From assembly GCA_973895155.1 (NCBI GenBank), contig OZ316891.1, positions 2,285,324 through 2,349,323 on the forward strand: DNA of 64,000 nucleotides. The letters are read 5' to 3'. Every line of letters begins with the position of its first letter. Within the stretch, counting starts at the first letter, position 1. The notes beneath the pieces are model-generated. The model had not been told where the DNA came from, made no database searches, and worked only from the letters and a program-made list of their open reading frames with translations. A program made the translations under genes and the position numbers. Source of the stretch: Marsupella aquatica. Lineage: Eukaryota > Plantae > Marchantiophyta. Below, piece by piece: positions 63,460 to 64,000 of the stretch.

Positions 63460-64000
63460 ACCGATCATGGCCACGTGCACGGGAGCGATGCACTGCAATG
63501 AATTTGTTATGTTAAATGAGATGAGATGAGATGAGATATTCCTGTTCCTCATCCTGCTGTGAAATGATTCGACTCCCACCCCTCAAGTAAGGAATCTCTC
63601 GATGTCTCGTCGCTCGCTCTACATATGCTGCAGCAGCTGTGCAAGCTATGAACAAATGAATGGACGTCGAGGCCCCCACAGGCCACAGCCGCTGAACGCC
63701 CAGACATCACGGAGCTCCCGTCGGAAAGAGAGTTTGGAGAGGAGCCCAGGTTGGAGAGGAGCTCAGGTTCGTCGTGGTGCCTTTTTCGCGCTAGGGATTG
63801 GAGTTTCGTTGGACTCGGGTGTTTGTTGCTTCGCAGGCTGTCAGCTGTGTCTTCTGTCTGTGTGAGTCGCAGAAGCATTCATGTAGAAACGAACTCGTAT
63901 TATTTTTTGAGCTGTTGTTCACCGAAAGCCCTGACGAGAGGGCGGGTGATTGAGGGTTTGTCGAACGAGAGAGCAATTTGCGCGGAATTAGGTCGCAATC
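63460..64000. other. GC-richer gene-proximal sequence (probable promoter/5' UTR or terminal exon of a gene continuing beyond the window)
   Basis: CACGTG G-box at ~63472, (GAGAT)n, and CpG-retaining sequence. The overlapping short ORFs are unrecognisable. Confidence 0.25.

Overview
Repeat-rich land-plant nuclear DNA: GT-AG introns, a plant Copia element, a plant-type Harbinger element, and SIN3-like, CCR-like, thaumatin and LRR-RLP sequences. No rRNA, bona fide tRNA or CRISPR is visible. All alignments and counts were done by eye. Main contents: (1) 2.2-6.6 kb, a lightly decayed ~1480-codon gene whose core carries the diagnostic motifs of a P-element-superfamily DDE transposase but has no THAP domain; this is the most unusual feature, because to my knowledge P elements are not regarded as a normal part of land-plant genomes. 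(2) A complete but disabled Ty1/Copia element at 8514-14556 (324/323-bp LTRs, CAATG TSD, tRNA-iMet PBS). (3) A decayed two-gene PIF/Harbinger element at 34-38.6 kb. (4) One apparently intact, intronless PAH1+PAH2-only SIN3-like gene at 39149-39814. (5) A frameshifted gene for a protein with ~19-20-aa NWGFNGGLAQS repeats at 46.4-47.3 kb. (6) Pseudogenes or fragments of a thaumatin-like protein, a CCR/DFR-like reductase and an LRR receptor-like protein. (7) Many MITEs, fold-backs, tandem duplications and a perfect 29-bp hairpin.
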